NCBI GenBank assembly: GCA_000002445.1
Contig: CM000207.1
Span: 704,001-768,000 of the forward strand
DNA from: Trypanosoma brucei
Taxonomy: Eukaryota
DNA: 64,000 nucleotides
Reading direction: 5' to 3'
Shown here: positions 33,320-42,959 of the stretch, piece after piece
Layout: each line of letters opens with the position of its first letter
Position numbering within the stretch: the first letter of the stretch is position 1
Position numbers and translations under genes: made by a program
The notes under the pieces: model-generated
The model's database searches: none
Seen by the model: only the letters and a program-made list of their open reading frames with translations
What the model was told of the DNA's origin: nothing

Positions 33320-33397
33320 GTTGTTTTTGTTGTTACTATTATTACTATTATTATTCAACAACAATAATAATAGTAATAATAGTAACAACAAAAACAA
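33320..33397. repeat. perfect inverted repeat: 36-bp arms with a 7-nt spacer
   Basis: Left arm 33320 to 33355 is gttgtttttgttgttactattattactattattatt. Right arm 33363 to 33397 is aataataatagtaataatagtaacaacaaaaacaac, the exact reverse complement. Spacer is caacaac. The + strand changes from T-rich to A/G-rich around this point. Confidence 0.8.
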
Positions 33398-35608
33398 CGA
33401 AAACAGTATTGATGGATATAATAATATTGGGTCTAGATAATATGTGAGTGTGAAGAATGTAAGGGGGAGATTACGCGTATGTTTACATCAAAATAAAACA
33501 AAGTGACGGAAGCACAAAAGGACAAAAAATGAAGAAGAAGAAGAAGAAAAGAAATGAAAAAAAAAGAAAGAAAGGAGGAAAGAGGGAAGAGGAGGAGGGG
33601 AGACGTACCGGTATAAAAATATGAAAACAGACACGCGCGCACGCACATATATCTTTTATATATATGTCTTTTATATATTTATATATATATATACATATAT
33701 TCATATATACATATATTCATATATACATATATACATATATATATATATATTGTATATATTTAAACGAATACATGTGTTTTTTTCTTATGTTATTTTATCT
33801 ATTTAGGTGCGGGTAAGTGTACATGTTTTTTTCTTCTTTATTGTTTATTGTTTATTTGCTTTATTATTATTATTATTATGTTGAAACGATAGGGGGAGGA
33901 GGAGGGATGAGAAGGTTACTTTTCTGTCATCCATTTTTTCTCTTTATCTTTTTTTTTCTTTTAGTTTGTTTTTACTTTTTGATCCCTCCGTCACTGCGGC
34001 ATGTCCGGATGTACTCCCATTTTTCTTTTTCTTTTTTCTTTTTTGTTTCGTTTTATCTTACTCATCCGCCTCCAACCGTGCATTTTTTTTTTCCGTTTCA
34101 CTTAGTTTTGTGTTCTCCAGTTCTTTTTTTTTCTTTTTTAATTCACTTCAATTTTATTATTTTGCTTCACTTGCCTACTTTTTTTTTTCTTTTTTTTTCG
34201 CTTGTTATGTTTCCGTCATTTTATCATTGCGCTGCCATTGCGTTTTCTTTTTTTCTTTTTTTTTTTCCACACCGTTTCTCCTTTTGTTTCTTTTCTTTTT
34301 AAAAAAAAAAAAATTAGAAAAAAAAATATTGCGTTCCCCTCACTCATTTTCCTATCCCTTTTAAAACATACATACATACATACATACATGCGCACGTATA
34401 TGTATATGTAATAATACAAATATATGTGTGTACAACTTATGAGCATTATGGGAGGAAAGGAAGAGGAAGGGGAGTGAAAGGAGGATAGTAAAAAAAAAAA
34501 AAAAGAAAAATGAATAATTCAAGGAATAAAATAAAAAATAAAAAAATAAAGAAAAACGAATAGTGAAAACATGTTTAAATTATGATTGTTGTTATTATGT
34601 TTTTTTTTGATATTGATATTTTACACAGTGGAGTGTTGACTGAAAGGTTTCCAAACCTCCTATTTCCCTTATTTACTATCACATACATATCACATACGCG
34701 GGCTTTTCACTCTACCTCCCCTTTCCCTCCATTACGCAAGAAATAAATAAATTAAAAAGAAAAAAAGAAAAAAAAAAAGAAACGAAGAAAAAAAAACCGA
34801 AGAGTGATCGAAGGACAAAGTATAGTTTATTATTATTATTATTATCATTTTGTTTTCAAGTTTTTAATAGCAGAAAGAAACGAAAAAGGCAGAAAAGGAA
34901 AGGAGAATCACGAGTGAAATGATTGAGAAATGTTAACGGGTGGTGAGTGGTGTGCGCGTTTTGTCGTATTTGTGCATGTGAGTTGACTGGTGGAAAAAAA
35001 AAAGGAAAGATTTAAATAGGCCATTTGTTTTACGCAGAGGATGGGAAACTAAATAAAACCAGACGAACGGCTGAAGCCGTTTTTTTTTCTTTCATTTTCT
35101 TTCATTTTTTTTTTTTTGGTGAAGACGCAAACAGCAGCAGAACACGCAAGTATGAAATTGAAGGCGCCGCTCGCGTTAAGTGGGGTTTTCATGGAGGGCA
35201 AATTCGGTTGCTGCAAAGCATAGCCTTTTAGCAGCACGTTAAGCTCAGTGGAAAACTTACATGTGTGTTCGTGTTGGGGGCGTGTTTTTGTTTTTAAGTG
35301 GGAATGGTATTTTTGAAAACAAAAACAAAAACAAACGAACAAACAAACAAACTCAAATGAGTGCTCTTGTACACGCCGATCTGGCGGCTGTGCGCAAGGG
35401 GATACAAACGTAAAGAAAGAAGTTTATTATATTTTAAAGACAGGAAGAAAGTAAAAAGAAAAGAAAAACGCAGTAATTCCTCCATTGTAGTTTACGCAGG
35501 CGCGCCTCACCGCTCTTGTTTGTGCCATTTCCCCTTCTACAAAGAGACATGTACACATATGCCGCGTAACATAACTGCTGCATGAAGTGTGTGAAATGCC
35601 GTATATTT

Positions 35609-35700
35609 CCACTCTTTTCTTTCATTTTATTATCTGATTGTACCTCCTTTCCTTTCCCTTCCCCCTCCCTTTTGCTCTTTCTTTGTTAATTCATTAATAG
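35609..35700 (+). promoter_or_regulatory. polypyrimidine tract plus AG upstream of ACS1 (putative trans-splice acceptor)
   Basis: A C/T-rich run (ccactcttttctttcattttattatctgattgtacctcctttcctttcccttccccctcccttttgctctttctttgtt...) ends in AG, about 225 nt upstream of the ATG. Confidence 0.35.
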
Positions 35701-35925
35701 GTAAGTTGCCGAATATTATTTGAACTACATTTTATAGACTTGACTAAACTGTTCAACAACCAGGAACAATAACAAACGCCCAACGACAGGAGGGGTATCC
35801 CAACAATACAAGGGGGAGGGTAAGGGGGGGGGAAAAAAACTTACTGAGGAGATCGTTTCAACAAACCAGGTAAACGAGAAGTGACGATAATTAAATATTA
35901 ATAGTAGTGTGGCAGTTGTGTTTCG

Positions 35926-38022
35926 ATGGGAATGTACGTCACTAAGCTTCTCTCCCTCTGGAGTCACTGGTTTGAGGTGGATGACGAGGTGATCATTGCG
36001 AGACAAAAGTTTGGGCCACTTGCTCACATTTGTGGACCAGCGGAGGGCGAAAACTGTTCACCTGTTTACCGCTCCATAGGAGTCACAGATGAGGAGCAGG
36101 CGCGCATTACGAGGGAATGGTATTACGGCGAGCACTTTCTGAAACAGTTGGAGCAAACATGCACGAGCAGAAGAGATACTCTGGCAGTTGCTTACCGCAC
36201 AATTAACAAGGTTGAAAAGGAGTGGCGCGAGGACCATAATGGGAAGAGGCGCGAATGGCAGGTTACACATCTCAACGATCCGGTCTACATGACATATGGT
36301 GAATTATGGGAGAACTCTGTGGCCTTTGGAAAGGGTTTAAGGGAGTATGGAGCAAAGGAAGGGGACCGTGTTGCCATTTACGAGGATACGCGATGGGAGT
36401 GGCTTGCCTCTGCTATTGGGGTTTGGACGCAGTTGATGGTTACTGTAACAGTTTACGCTAACCTCTGCCGGGAGGGGCTGATGCACGCGCTCAAGGAGAC
36501 GGAGTGTGCCGCTATTATTTGCAACGGCCAAAACATAAAGGATCTCATTACCTTACTGAAGGAGGTCAATCTCACCAACACCACGTTGGTCTATCTCGAC
36601 TCTCTACCAGATGGGTTAAATGATGAAGGCATGCGCTTAATACCATGGAAACAGGTGCTGGAGACGGGAATGAAGAGTAACCTGGGCTATACCATTCCTG
36701 GAAATTGTGACACAACGGCTTTGATCATGTACACAAGTGGCACAGTGGCGGCACCCAAGGGTGTCATGCACACCTTTGGTTCTCTCACCGCCAGTAAAAA
36801 TGGGCTGGCGGACCGCTTCCTTGAGTGTATTGGACCCAAGGAGGAGGGTGAGACATATGTATCTTACCTCCCCCTTGCTCACATTTTGGAGTTTATTGCT
36901 GATGTGGTGATGCTTAGCCGCGGTACCTTGGTGTGTTTTGGTTCGCCACGAACACTCACGGATGATACGGCGCGACCACGAGGTGACTTGAAGGAGTTTA
37001 AGCCAGTGTTTATCGTTGGAGTCCCACGGATCTTTGAGACAATACGGAAGGTTGTGGAAAGTCGGCTACCACCTGTGGGTAGTTTTAAGAGGACCCTCTT
37101 TGATACTGCCTATGCTGACCGACTCCGTGCTCTCAAGGAGGGGAAAGATACGCCTTTCTGGAATGAAAAGGTTTTTAAGGTCCCACGCGACATGTTCGGT
37201 GGCAGGCTGCGTGGAGTGGTATGTGGTGGCGCACCTCTCGCTGACAGGACACAAGAGTTCATGCGGGTTGTCTTCGGCCTTCCGCTGGGACAAGGCTACG
37301 GATTGACAGAAACGTGCTGCAACGGAAGCATACAACGTTTGGGTGAGTTATATCCATCAGTTGGTCAACTCCTGAAAGGGGTTGAAGGGAGGCTATTGGA
37401 TACAGATGAGTACAAGCACACTGATAAGCCATTCCCGCGAGGGGAGCTCTGCCTTCGTGGGTCGTTTATGTTCAAGGGCTACTACAAGCAGGAGGCCATG
37501 AGCAAAGAAGTGTTGATTCCAGGGGGTTGGTTCCGCACGGGGGACGTTGTGGAAATTGGTGAAGATAATGCCCTGCGAGTCATTGGCCGTGTTAAGGCAC
37601 TGGTGAAGAACCTACTCGGAGAATACATTCAGCTGGAGTACCTGGAAGTGATTTACTCACAGCATCCATTGTCTGCCCCTAATGGCGTCTGCATTCTTGT
37701 AAATCAGCGGCGGGCATACATATGTGCCCTTGTAATCACCGACGAGGAAAGGGCTAAGAAGTTTGCCCAAGAAAATGGAATTGGTGGAACGTGGCCCGAG
37801 ATACTTAAGGACCCGACTTTCCACCAACGTGCCGCCAAGTCGTTGTCGAATTTCGGCGCTTCAATTGGTAGAAAACCCTTTGAACTGCTCCGTCAGGTAC
37901 GTGTGATCGCCGATGAGTGGACGGCAAAGAATGGGATGCTCACTGTCTCGATGAAAATCCGTCGCAACAAGGTGGAAGAAAGGTACGGCGATGTCATTGA
38001 ACAACTTTTCAAGTATGAGTAA
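35926..38022 (+). CDS. ACS1: long-chain fatty acyl-CoA synthetase (AMP-forming), most divergent member of the array
   Basis: The AMP-binding motif is MYTSGTVAAPKGVMHT. YLPLAHILEF, GYGLTE and the FRTGD and RVKALVKN C-terminal signature motifs of acyl-CoA synthetases are present. It is about 50% identical by eye to the three downstream paralogs. The numbering follows the known tandem ACS1 to ACS4 order in T. brucei and is an inference. Confidence 0.8.
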   Translation: MGMYVTKLLSLWSHWFEVDDEVIIARQKFGPLAHICGPAEGENCSPVYRSIGVTDEEQARITREWYYGEHFLKQLEQTCTSRRDTLAVAYRTINKVEKEWREDHNGKRREWQVTHLNDPVYMTYGELWENSVAFGKGLREYGAKEGDRVAIYEDTRWEWLASAIGVWTQLMVTVTVYANLCREGLMHALKETECAAIICNGQNIKDLITLLKEVNLTNTTLVYLDSLPDGLNDEGMRLIPWKQVLETGMKSNLGYTIPGNCDTTALIMYTSGTVAAPKGVMHTFGSLTASKNGLADRFLECIGPKEEGETYVSYLPLAHILEFIADVVMLSRGTLVCFGSPRTLTDDTARPRGDLKEFKPVFIVGVPRIFETIRKVVESRLPPVGSFKRTLFDTAYADRLRALKEGKDTPFWNEKVFKVPRDMFGGRLRGVVCGGAPLADRTQEFMRVVFGLPLGQGYGLTETCCNGSIQRLGELYPSVGQLLKGVEGRLLDTDEYKHTDKPFPRGELCLRGSFMFKGYYKQEAMSKEVLIPGGWFRTGDVVEIGEDNALRVIGRVKALVKNLLGEYIQLEYLEVIYSQHPLSAPNGVCILVNQRRAYICALVITDEERAKKFAQENGIGGTWPEILKDPTFHQRAAKSLSNFGASIGRKPFELLRQVRVIADEWTAKNGMLTVSMKIRRNKVEERYGDVIEQLFKYE

Positions 38023-38957
38023 CGCGTGCGGTCAGCGAGGGATGGTGTTGTGGACCACACGTTGGGTCTGTGCTGTGGGGTTATCGCTGGGTGAATCATT
38101 TGATGGTTGCTTTTTTTTTCTTCTTTTTTTTCCCTTTTTCGACACTTTTGTGTGTCTGGGCAGTTGGTGTTGTTATGTTCTTTTTCTTTCTTTTCTTGAC
38201 TTTGGTGCCCCTCCATCCCTTATGCCCCTTGTGTTTCGTCTCTTGGTTAAATTCCGACCCTGACAGTTGTTGTTATTATTATGGTTATCACTATTTTTTT
38301 CTTTGTTGGTGACGTTGGTGGCAGGAAATGTAACACATGAAGTGAATATACCCAACAGGTAGTAAAGAAAGTGGGAGTGAGGAGCGGGGGCAGTTTCGCC
38401 AACTGCGGTGTGCACGACTGAAAATAATGGAAGAGGAAAATACAGAAAGAGAAAGTGAAAGGGGGAAAAAAAGAGGAAAACAGAAGTGTCGCTCCACTGG
38501 TGAAGTGGAACCACGAGGAAACAATATTTCTTTTCCCCCTTCCTGTCTTCAAAAAGGAGTGCGGCGCATCGAGTAGGAAATGAACGATTCAGCCACCGTG
38601 GCACCAGATGTAAAACATTGGTTTAAACAGCCGGTAGGAGACGTTTGTAAACATAATGGACGAAACATATACCTACACTACACTGATGTTAATCGTAAAC
38701 ATGGTTTGGAGTGAAGGGGTGCGTTGCATGCGGGCACAAGTTTGACAGTTATTCCTCGCTTCTTACTTTTATTTGTGTTTTCCCGCGGAGGAACGTTTTG
38801 CCGCTCAGACGGATGTTTGCGCTACTACGCGTGCGTGGCTGCATCAGTAGCAGTTATGTGAATGCCATCGATTGATTGTGTGGATTCATCGGAGTGACCC
38901 TTATGTGTGTGTGTGTCACACACTATTATTTGTGTGTGCAGTACTTCTTTGAAGTGT

Positions 38958-39080
38958 TTCTTGTGCTCCTCGCCCTCTGGCTTCCTTACACCCCGCTGCT
39001 TCCCCCCTTTCCCTTTCCCCTTCAACTTTTTCTTAATTCCTCTCCCGATTTGATTCTTTTTCTTTAAATATAAACGAGGG
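38958..39080 (+). promoter_or_regulatory. polypyrimidine tract plus AG upstream of ACS2
   Basis: cttccttacaccccgctgcttccccccttttccctttccccttcaacttttttcttaattcctctcccgatttgattctttttctttaaatataaacgAG. Confidence 0.35.
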
Positions 39081-39435
39081 TTTTCAGTGGGTCTTACAAA
39101 CTTACCTTTTTCTTATTCCCCCCATGTCATCAGCTGTGGCCATTCGAGAATTTCGCCGTTCCCCCACTTTGTTAACTTATCTGATGTTCAGTGCCTTTCC
39201 TTCCTCGGACTTTTTTTTTTTTACAAACATTTCCTTTACATTGCCTTTAATACACGCATGCACGTTGGTATAATATGCCAACGTTCCTTTTGGTGTATGC
39301 TGCGCAACTGAACCTAGCAGAGACAAATCCAGGTCCCTTACAGCACTGCAGAAGATTGGGCAGGATTCCTCATATATATTATATATCTTACAGTATATAC
39401 GTGTATTTATTTTACACACAACACTTTTTAAAAAG

Positions 39436-41562
39436 ATGAACACCGCTTCTGCGCTGAACGAAATCGAGGTGGCGGTCCTCCAGCTTATGGATGAGGCCAA
39501 CAGCCGAGAATCGGCACCAAACGAAGACATTGTGCAGCTTCGGAGCAAAGGCTCACAGAACGAGGCGATTCCACAGACAGAAACGGAGAATATGTCGGCC
39601 ATCTACCGTCGTGCCGGAGTCAGTGGCGAAGAGCACACACGACTCTGTCGAGAGTGGTACTACGGTGTGAACATGCCACAGAAGTTCATGGCAATATGCA
39701 AGAAAGGGGGAAGTCGCAGGGCTTTCGCGTACCGGGTTCTGTCAAACATATCGAAAGAAGTGCTAAGGGACCAAAATGGGCTTGAACGTTCATACGATAT
39801 AACATACTTTAAGGAAACGTGTTATATTAACTACCGTGTCCTCTGGGAAAATATCGAGTCGTTTGGGCGAGGTCTTGTGGAGTTGGGTATTTCACCAAAC
39901 TCCCGAGTCGCCATATACGAGGAGACGCGGTGGGAGTGGTTGGCAACAATTTACGGTATCTGGTCGCAGAATATGGTTGCCACCACAGTGTACGCCAATC
40001 TTGGGGAAGATGCGCTCGCGTATGCCCTCCGGGAAACAGGATCCCGTGCAATTATATGCAACGCAACAAATGTGCCAACACTGGTCCGGTTGGTGCAGAG
40101 CAACCGCATTCCGCCCTTGGTGATCATTTACATTGGTCAGCTACCTCCGGATACAAAAAGCACACATTGCCGCATCATCTCTTGGCTTCATGTCGTGGAC
40201 AATGGTCGCCTCTCAGATGAACCACTTCGAATCCCCACTGACAATGACCAAGTTGCTTTCATCATGTATACGAGTGGTACGACGGGGGACCCCAAAGGTG
40301 TCATTCACACACATGGCTCACTGATCTCGGGTGTTACTGCTTGTGCCGACTACGTGAATGAACTGATTGGTCCTTACGAAGAGGGTGAGTCGTACTGCGC
40401 TTACCTGCCTCTTGCCCACATATTTGAATTTGGTGTCGTCAACATCTTTCTTGCTCGCGGTTCTTTTGTTGGGTTTGGAAACCCCAGAACACTTCTCGAC
40501 ACGTACACTCGTCCACACGGTGATTACAGGGAGTACAAACCGGTTTTCACAATTGGCGTGCCGCGAGTGTACGACACGATAAAGAAAACGGTCGAGTCAC
40601 AGCTGGCACCCCGAGGGACACTACAGCGCCGTATATTCGAACACGCCTTCCAAACGAGACTTCGAGCCCTCAAGAAGGGTGAGGAGACCCCGTACTGGAA
40701 CAGGTTAATTTTTTCTCCATTTCGGTCCATGCTTGGAGGTAAGATGAAAACGATGCTTTCCGCCGGAGGGCCCCTCAGCGCACCAACGCAAACATTTCTT
40801 CATGTTGTATTTGGCATCATGCCACAAGGTTGGGGCCTCACGGAGACGGTGTGTGTTGGCACAAAGCAAGTCGCAGGTGATATGGAACCGGCCGCTGCAG
40901 GCAAGCAAGAGCGCACATGTGAAATGCGACTACTGGACGTGGAAGGATACAAGCACACCGATGAGCCCGATCCTCGTGGGGAAATTCTTCTGCGTGGTCC
41001 ATTCCTCTTCAAAGGGTACTACAAGCAGGAAGAACTAACCAAGGAGGTGCTTGATGAAGATGGTTGGTTTCATACGGGTGACGTTGGCAGCATCGGCCCC
41101 AATGGAACCCTTCGCATCATTGGCCGCGTGAAGGCCTTGGCAAAGAATGTTCTTGGAGAGTATGTTGCCATGGAAGCTTTGGAATCCATGTATGCACACA
41201 ACTCGCTGAGCATGCCCAACGGTGTTTGTGTCCTCGTGCATCCTGACAGACCGTACATTTGTGCGCTTGTTCTTACTGATGAAGCGAAGGTTGTTGCGTT
41301 CACGAGGGAGCATGGATTGAAAGGTAAATACCCTGAAGTTCTGCAGGACCCCGAGTTTCAGAAGAAGGCTACAGCATCATTTCAGGAGACGGCTCGTGCA
41401 TCTGATCGACAGAAGTTTGAGATTGTACGTCACGTACGCCTACTGAGTGATGAGTGGACTCCTGAAAATGGTGTGCTGACGGCCGCAGGCAAACTGAAGC
41501 GACGCGTCATCGATGAGAAGTACACTGATACTATTGTGTCACTTTTCGTGGAGGAGTGCTGA
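39436..41562 (+). CDS. ACS2: long-chain fatty acyl-CoA synthetase
   Basis: 708 aa with MYTSGTTGDPKGVIHT, YLPLAHIFEF and GWGLTE. Its last ~210 codons and two internal patches are identical to ACS3 and ACS4. Confidence 0.85.
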   Translation: MNTASALNEIEVAVLQLMDEANSRESAPNEDIVQLRSKGSQNEAIPQTETENMSAIYRRAGVSGEEHTRLCREWYYGVNMPQKFMAICKKGGSRRAFAYRVLSNISKEVLRDQNGLERSYDITYFKETCYINYRVLWENIESFGRGLVELGISPNSRVAIYEETRWEWLATIYGIWSQNMVATTVYANLGEDALAYALRETGSRAIICNATNVPTLVRLVQSNRIPPLVIIYIGQLPPDTKSTHCRIISWLHVVDNGRLSDEPLRIPTDNDQVAFIMYTSGTTGDPKGVIHTHGSLISGVTACADYVNELIGPYEEGESYCAYLPLAHIFEFGVVNIFLARGSFVGFGNPRTLLDTYTRPHGDYREYKPVFTIGVPRVYDTIKKTVESQLAPRGTLQRRIFEHAFQTRLRALKKGEETPYWNRLIFSPFRSMLGGKMKTMLSAGGPLSAPTQTFLHVVFGIMPQGWGLTETVCVGTKQVAGDMEPAAAGKQERTCEMRLLDVEGYKHTDEPDPRGEILLRGPFLFKGYYKQEELTKEVLDEDGWFHTGDVGSIGPNGTLRIIGRVKALAKNVLGEYVAMEALESMYAHNSLSMPNGVCVLVHPDRPYICALVLTDEAKVVAFTREHGLKGKYPEVLQDPEFQKKATASFQETARASDRQKFEIVRHVRLLSDEWTPENGVLTAAGKLKRRVIDEKYTDTIVSLFVEEC

Positions 41563-42611
41563 TGAATGGTGCGGATCTCCATGGGGCGGTCTATTAATTG
41601 TGTTTGTGATGTTAATCAGTTCCTATTGTCCATCTGAATTGTCCTCTCTACACGTTCCATTATCTGTTTTCCGTCGGTCCAACTTCTTGATGCTGGTGGC
41701 GACAGCTTGCACGACAGGTTGTAAGCGTTAAGGCATGCAGGGTTGGTTTTGCAGCACGGGGGAGGGTATTGAAATACGTAATTTTTCCTAGTTGATACAT
41801 TTGATTACACTTGGTTTTGTTGTAGTGACTCTGTTTATTTACTTATTTTTCGCATAGGGGGATCCGATAGTGCAGACAACACGGTGTGCAAGTCGAGAAA
41901 CCCAAGTTACACCTGTATGCTCGTTTTCACGGGGTTGTGTATGCGTGAGTGCTATTTATTGGGTAACAGAGTCACCCTGCTGTTGCCTTTTTTCTTCCGC
42001 TTCGGGTGTTGGGGATTCTTCTTTTATCATTATTATTGTTATCCTCTTTTTTACTTGTTTTTAATTTTTGGCTTACGGTCAGGAGATTACTTACCCCCCT
42101 CCCCATCCAGTGGTTTTCCACATTGTCTAACTCACCGTAGGCCTTAGGCGCTTTGACATGATTTTCCATTCGCCCCTCCTGTGCACTTATGTCCGCGTCC
42201 CGTTACTTCTCACTCGTGCACTGTGCCTCGGTGCGATTCTTCCATTGTTTGTTTTTATTGACTACAAGTTTTTGTGGAAGGTTTCTTATAACATAAGCAA
42301 CTTAGGAATCACTGAGACGCATTGGCACACATTTCCCACCGCATCCCTCCCCTTGCTGTAGTCTTGTGTTGTTACGAGTGCCAGATGTTTGACCATCCAA
42401 TATGTACGACAATGACATCTGACCGCGGCACGTACGGGATCTGAAGGGGATTATCATGACAGCTGCAACCCGTAAATGTATGCTCGCTGATCCTGGTGCG
42501 CGTGTCTGTATGTGTGTAGGTTGCGCATCCTCAATAGTTACGAACCTTCATATTTCCCATTTCTTGTCATCTCGCGAGCACAAACCCTGGAGGCCACAGG
42601 TTAACCGCGTA

Positions 42612-42701
42612 CCTGTTATTGCTTTTTTCCTCTGTTTTCCTTCTGTTCTTCCCATCTTCGTCACGCCCCTCCTCATTTCTCTATCTTGCTTGCTACGATA
42701 G
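42612..42701 (+). promoter_or_regulatory. polypyrimidine tract plus AG upstream of ACS3
   Basis: cctgttattgcttttttcctctgttttccttctgttcttcccatcttcgtcacgcccctcctcatttctctatcttgcttgctacgatAG. The same tract recurs at 46111 to 46200 before ACS4. Confidence 0.4.
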
Positions 42702-42959
42702 CCATACCAAAAGACTGTAAAGCACAACCGCTCTGCAACAAGCACTAAGGGAAGAAAGACAGGTGATTGTGGATACGGTTGAACCTGAAGGGAAGGGAAG
42801 CAATCGGGACAGCAGTGGTGCGCGCCACGTGTGTTTGTGGGAGGAAGGCTTGTTAAGGTTGGCGAAATCATCTTAAAAGCCACCATTCACACCCAGTAAG
42901 TATTGTACTTCATAGGAAGCCTTTGCTTTTAAGATCCGATATTGAGAAGTGGGGGCACC

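Larger units (their letters stand above)
30006..35900. repeat. 5.9-kb gene-free low-complexity, microsatellite-dense tract
   Basis: Runs of (T)n, (A)n, (GTTATT)n near 31320, (GT)11 at 31450 to 31470, (AAT)n near 31690, (CATTT)n near 30840, (AAAC)n near 31085 and 35325, (TA)n and (TACATA)n from 33650 to 33760, and (CATA)n near 34365. Only homopolymer-type ORFs occur. GC content is low and strand-biased. Confidence 0.8.

Noticed and set aside
31002-34446. Many 60 to 250-aa ORFs on both strands inside the low-complexity tract (for example 32166 to 32918, 33817 to 34302)
   Set aside because: Their translations are poly-F, poly-L or poly-K homopolymer strings produced by T- or A-rich microsatellites. 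This is not coding.
30006-35925. Centromere or strand-switch region as an explanation for the 5.9-kb AT-rich tract
   Set aside because: Genes on both sides are on the same strand. The tract is a patchwork of many different microsatellites rather than a long array of one ~150-bp unit.
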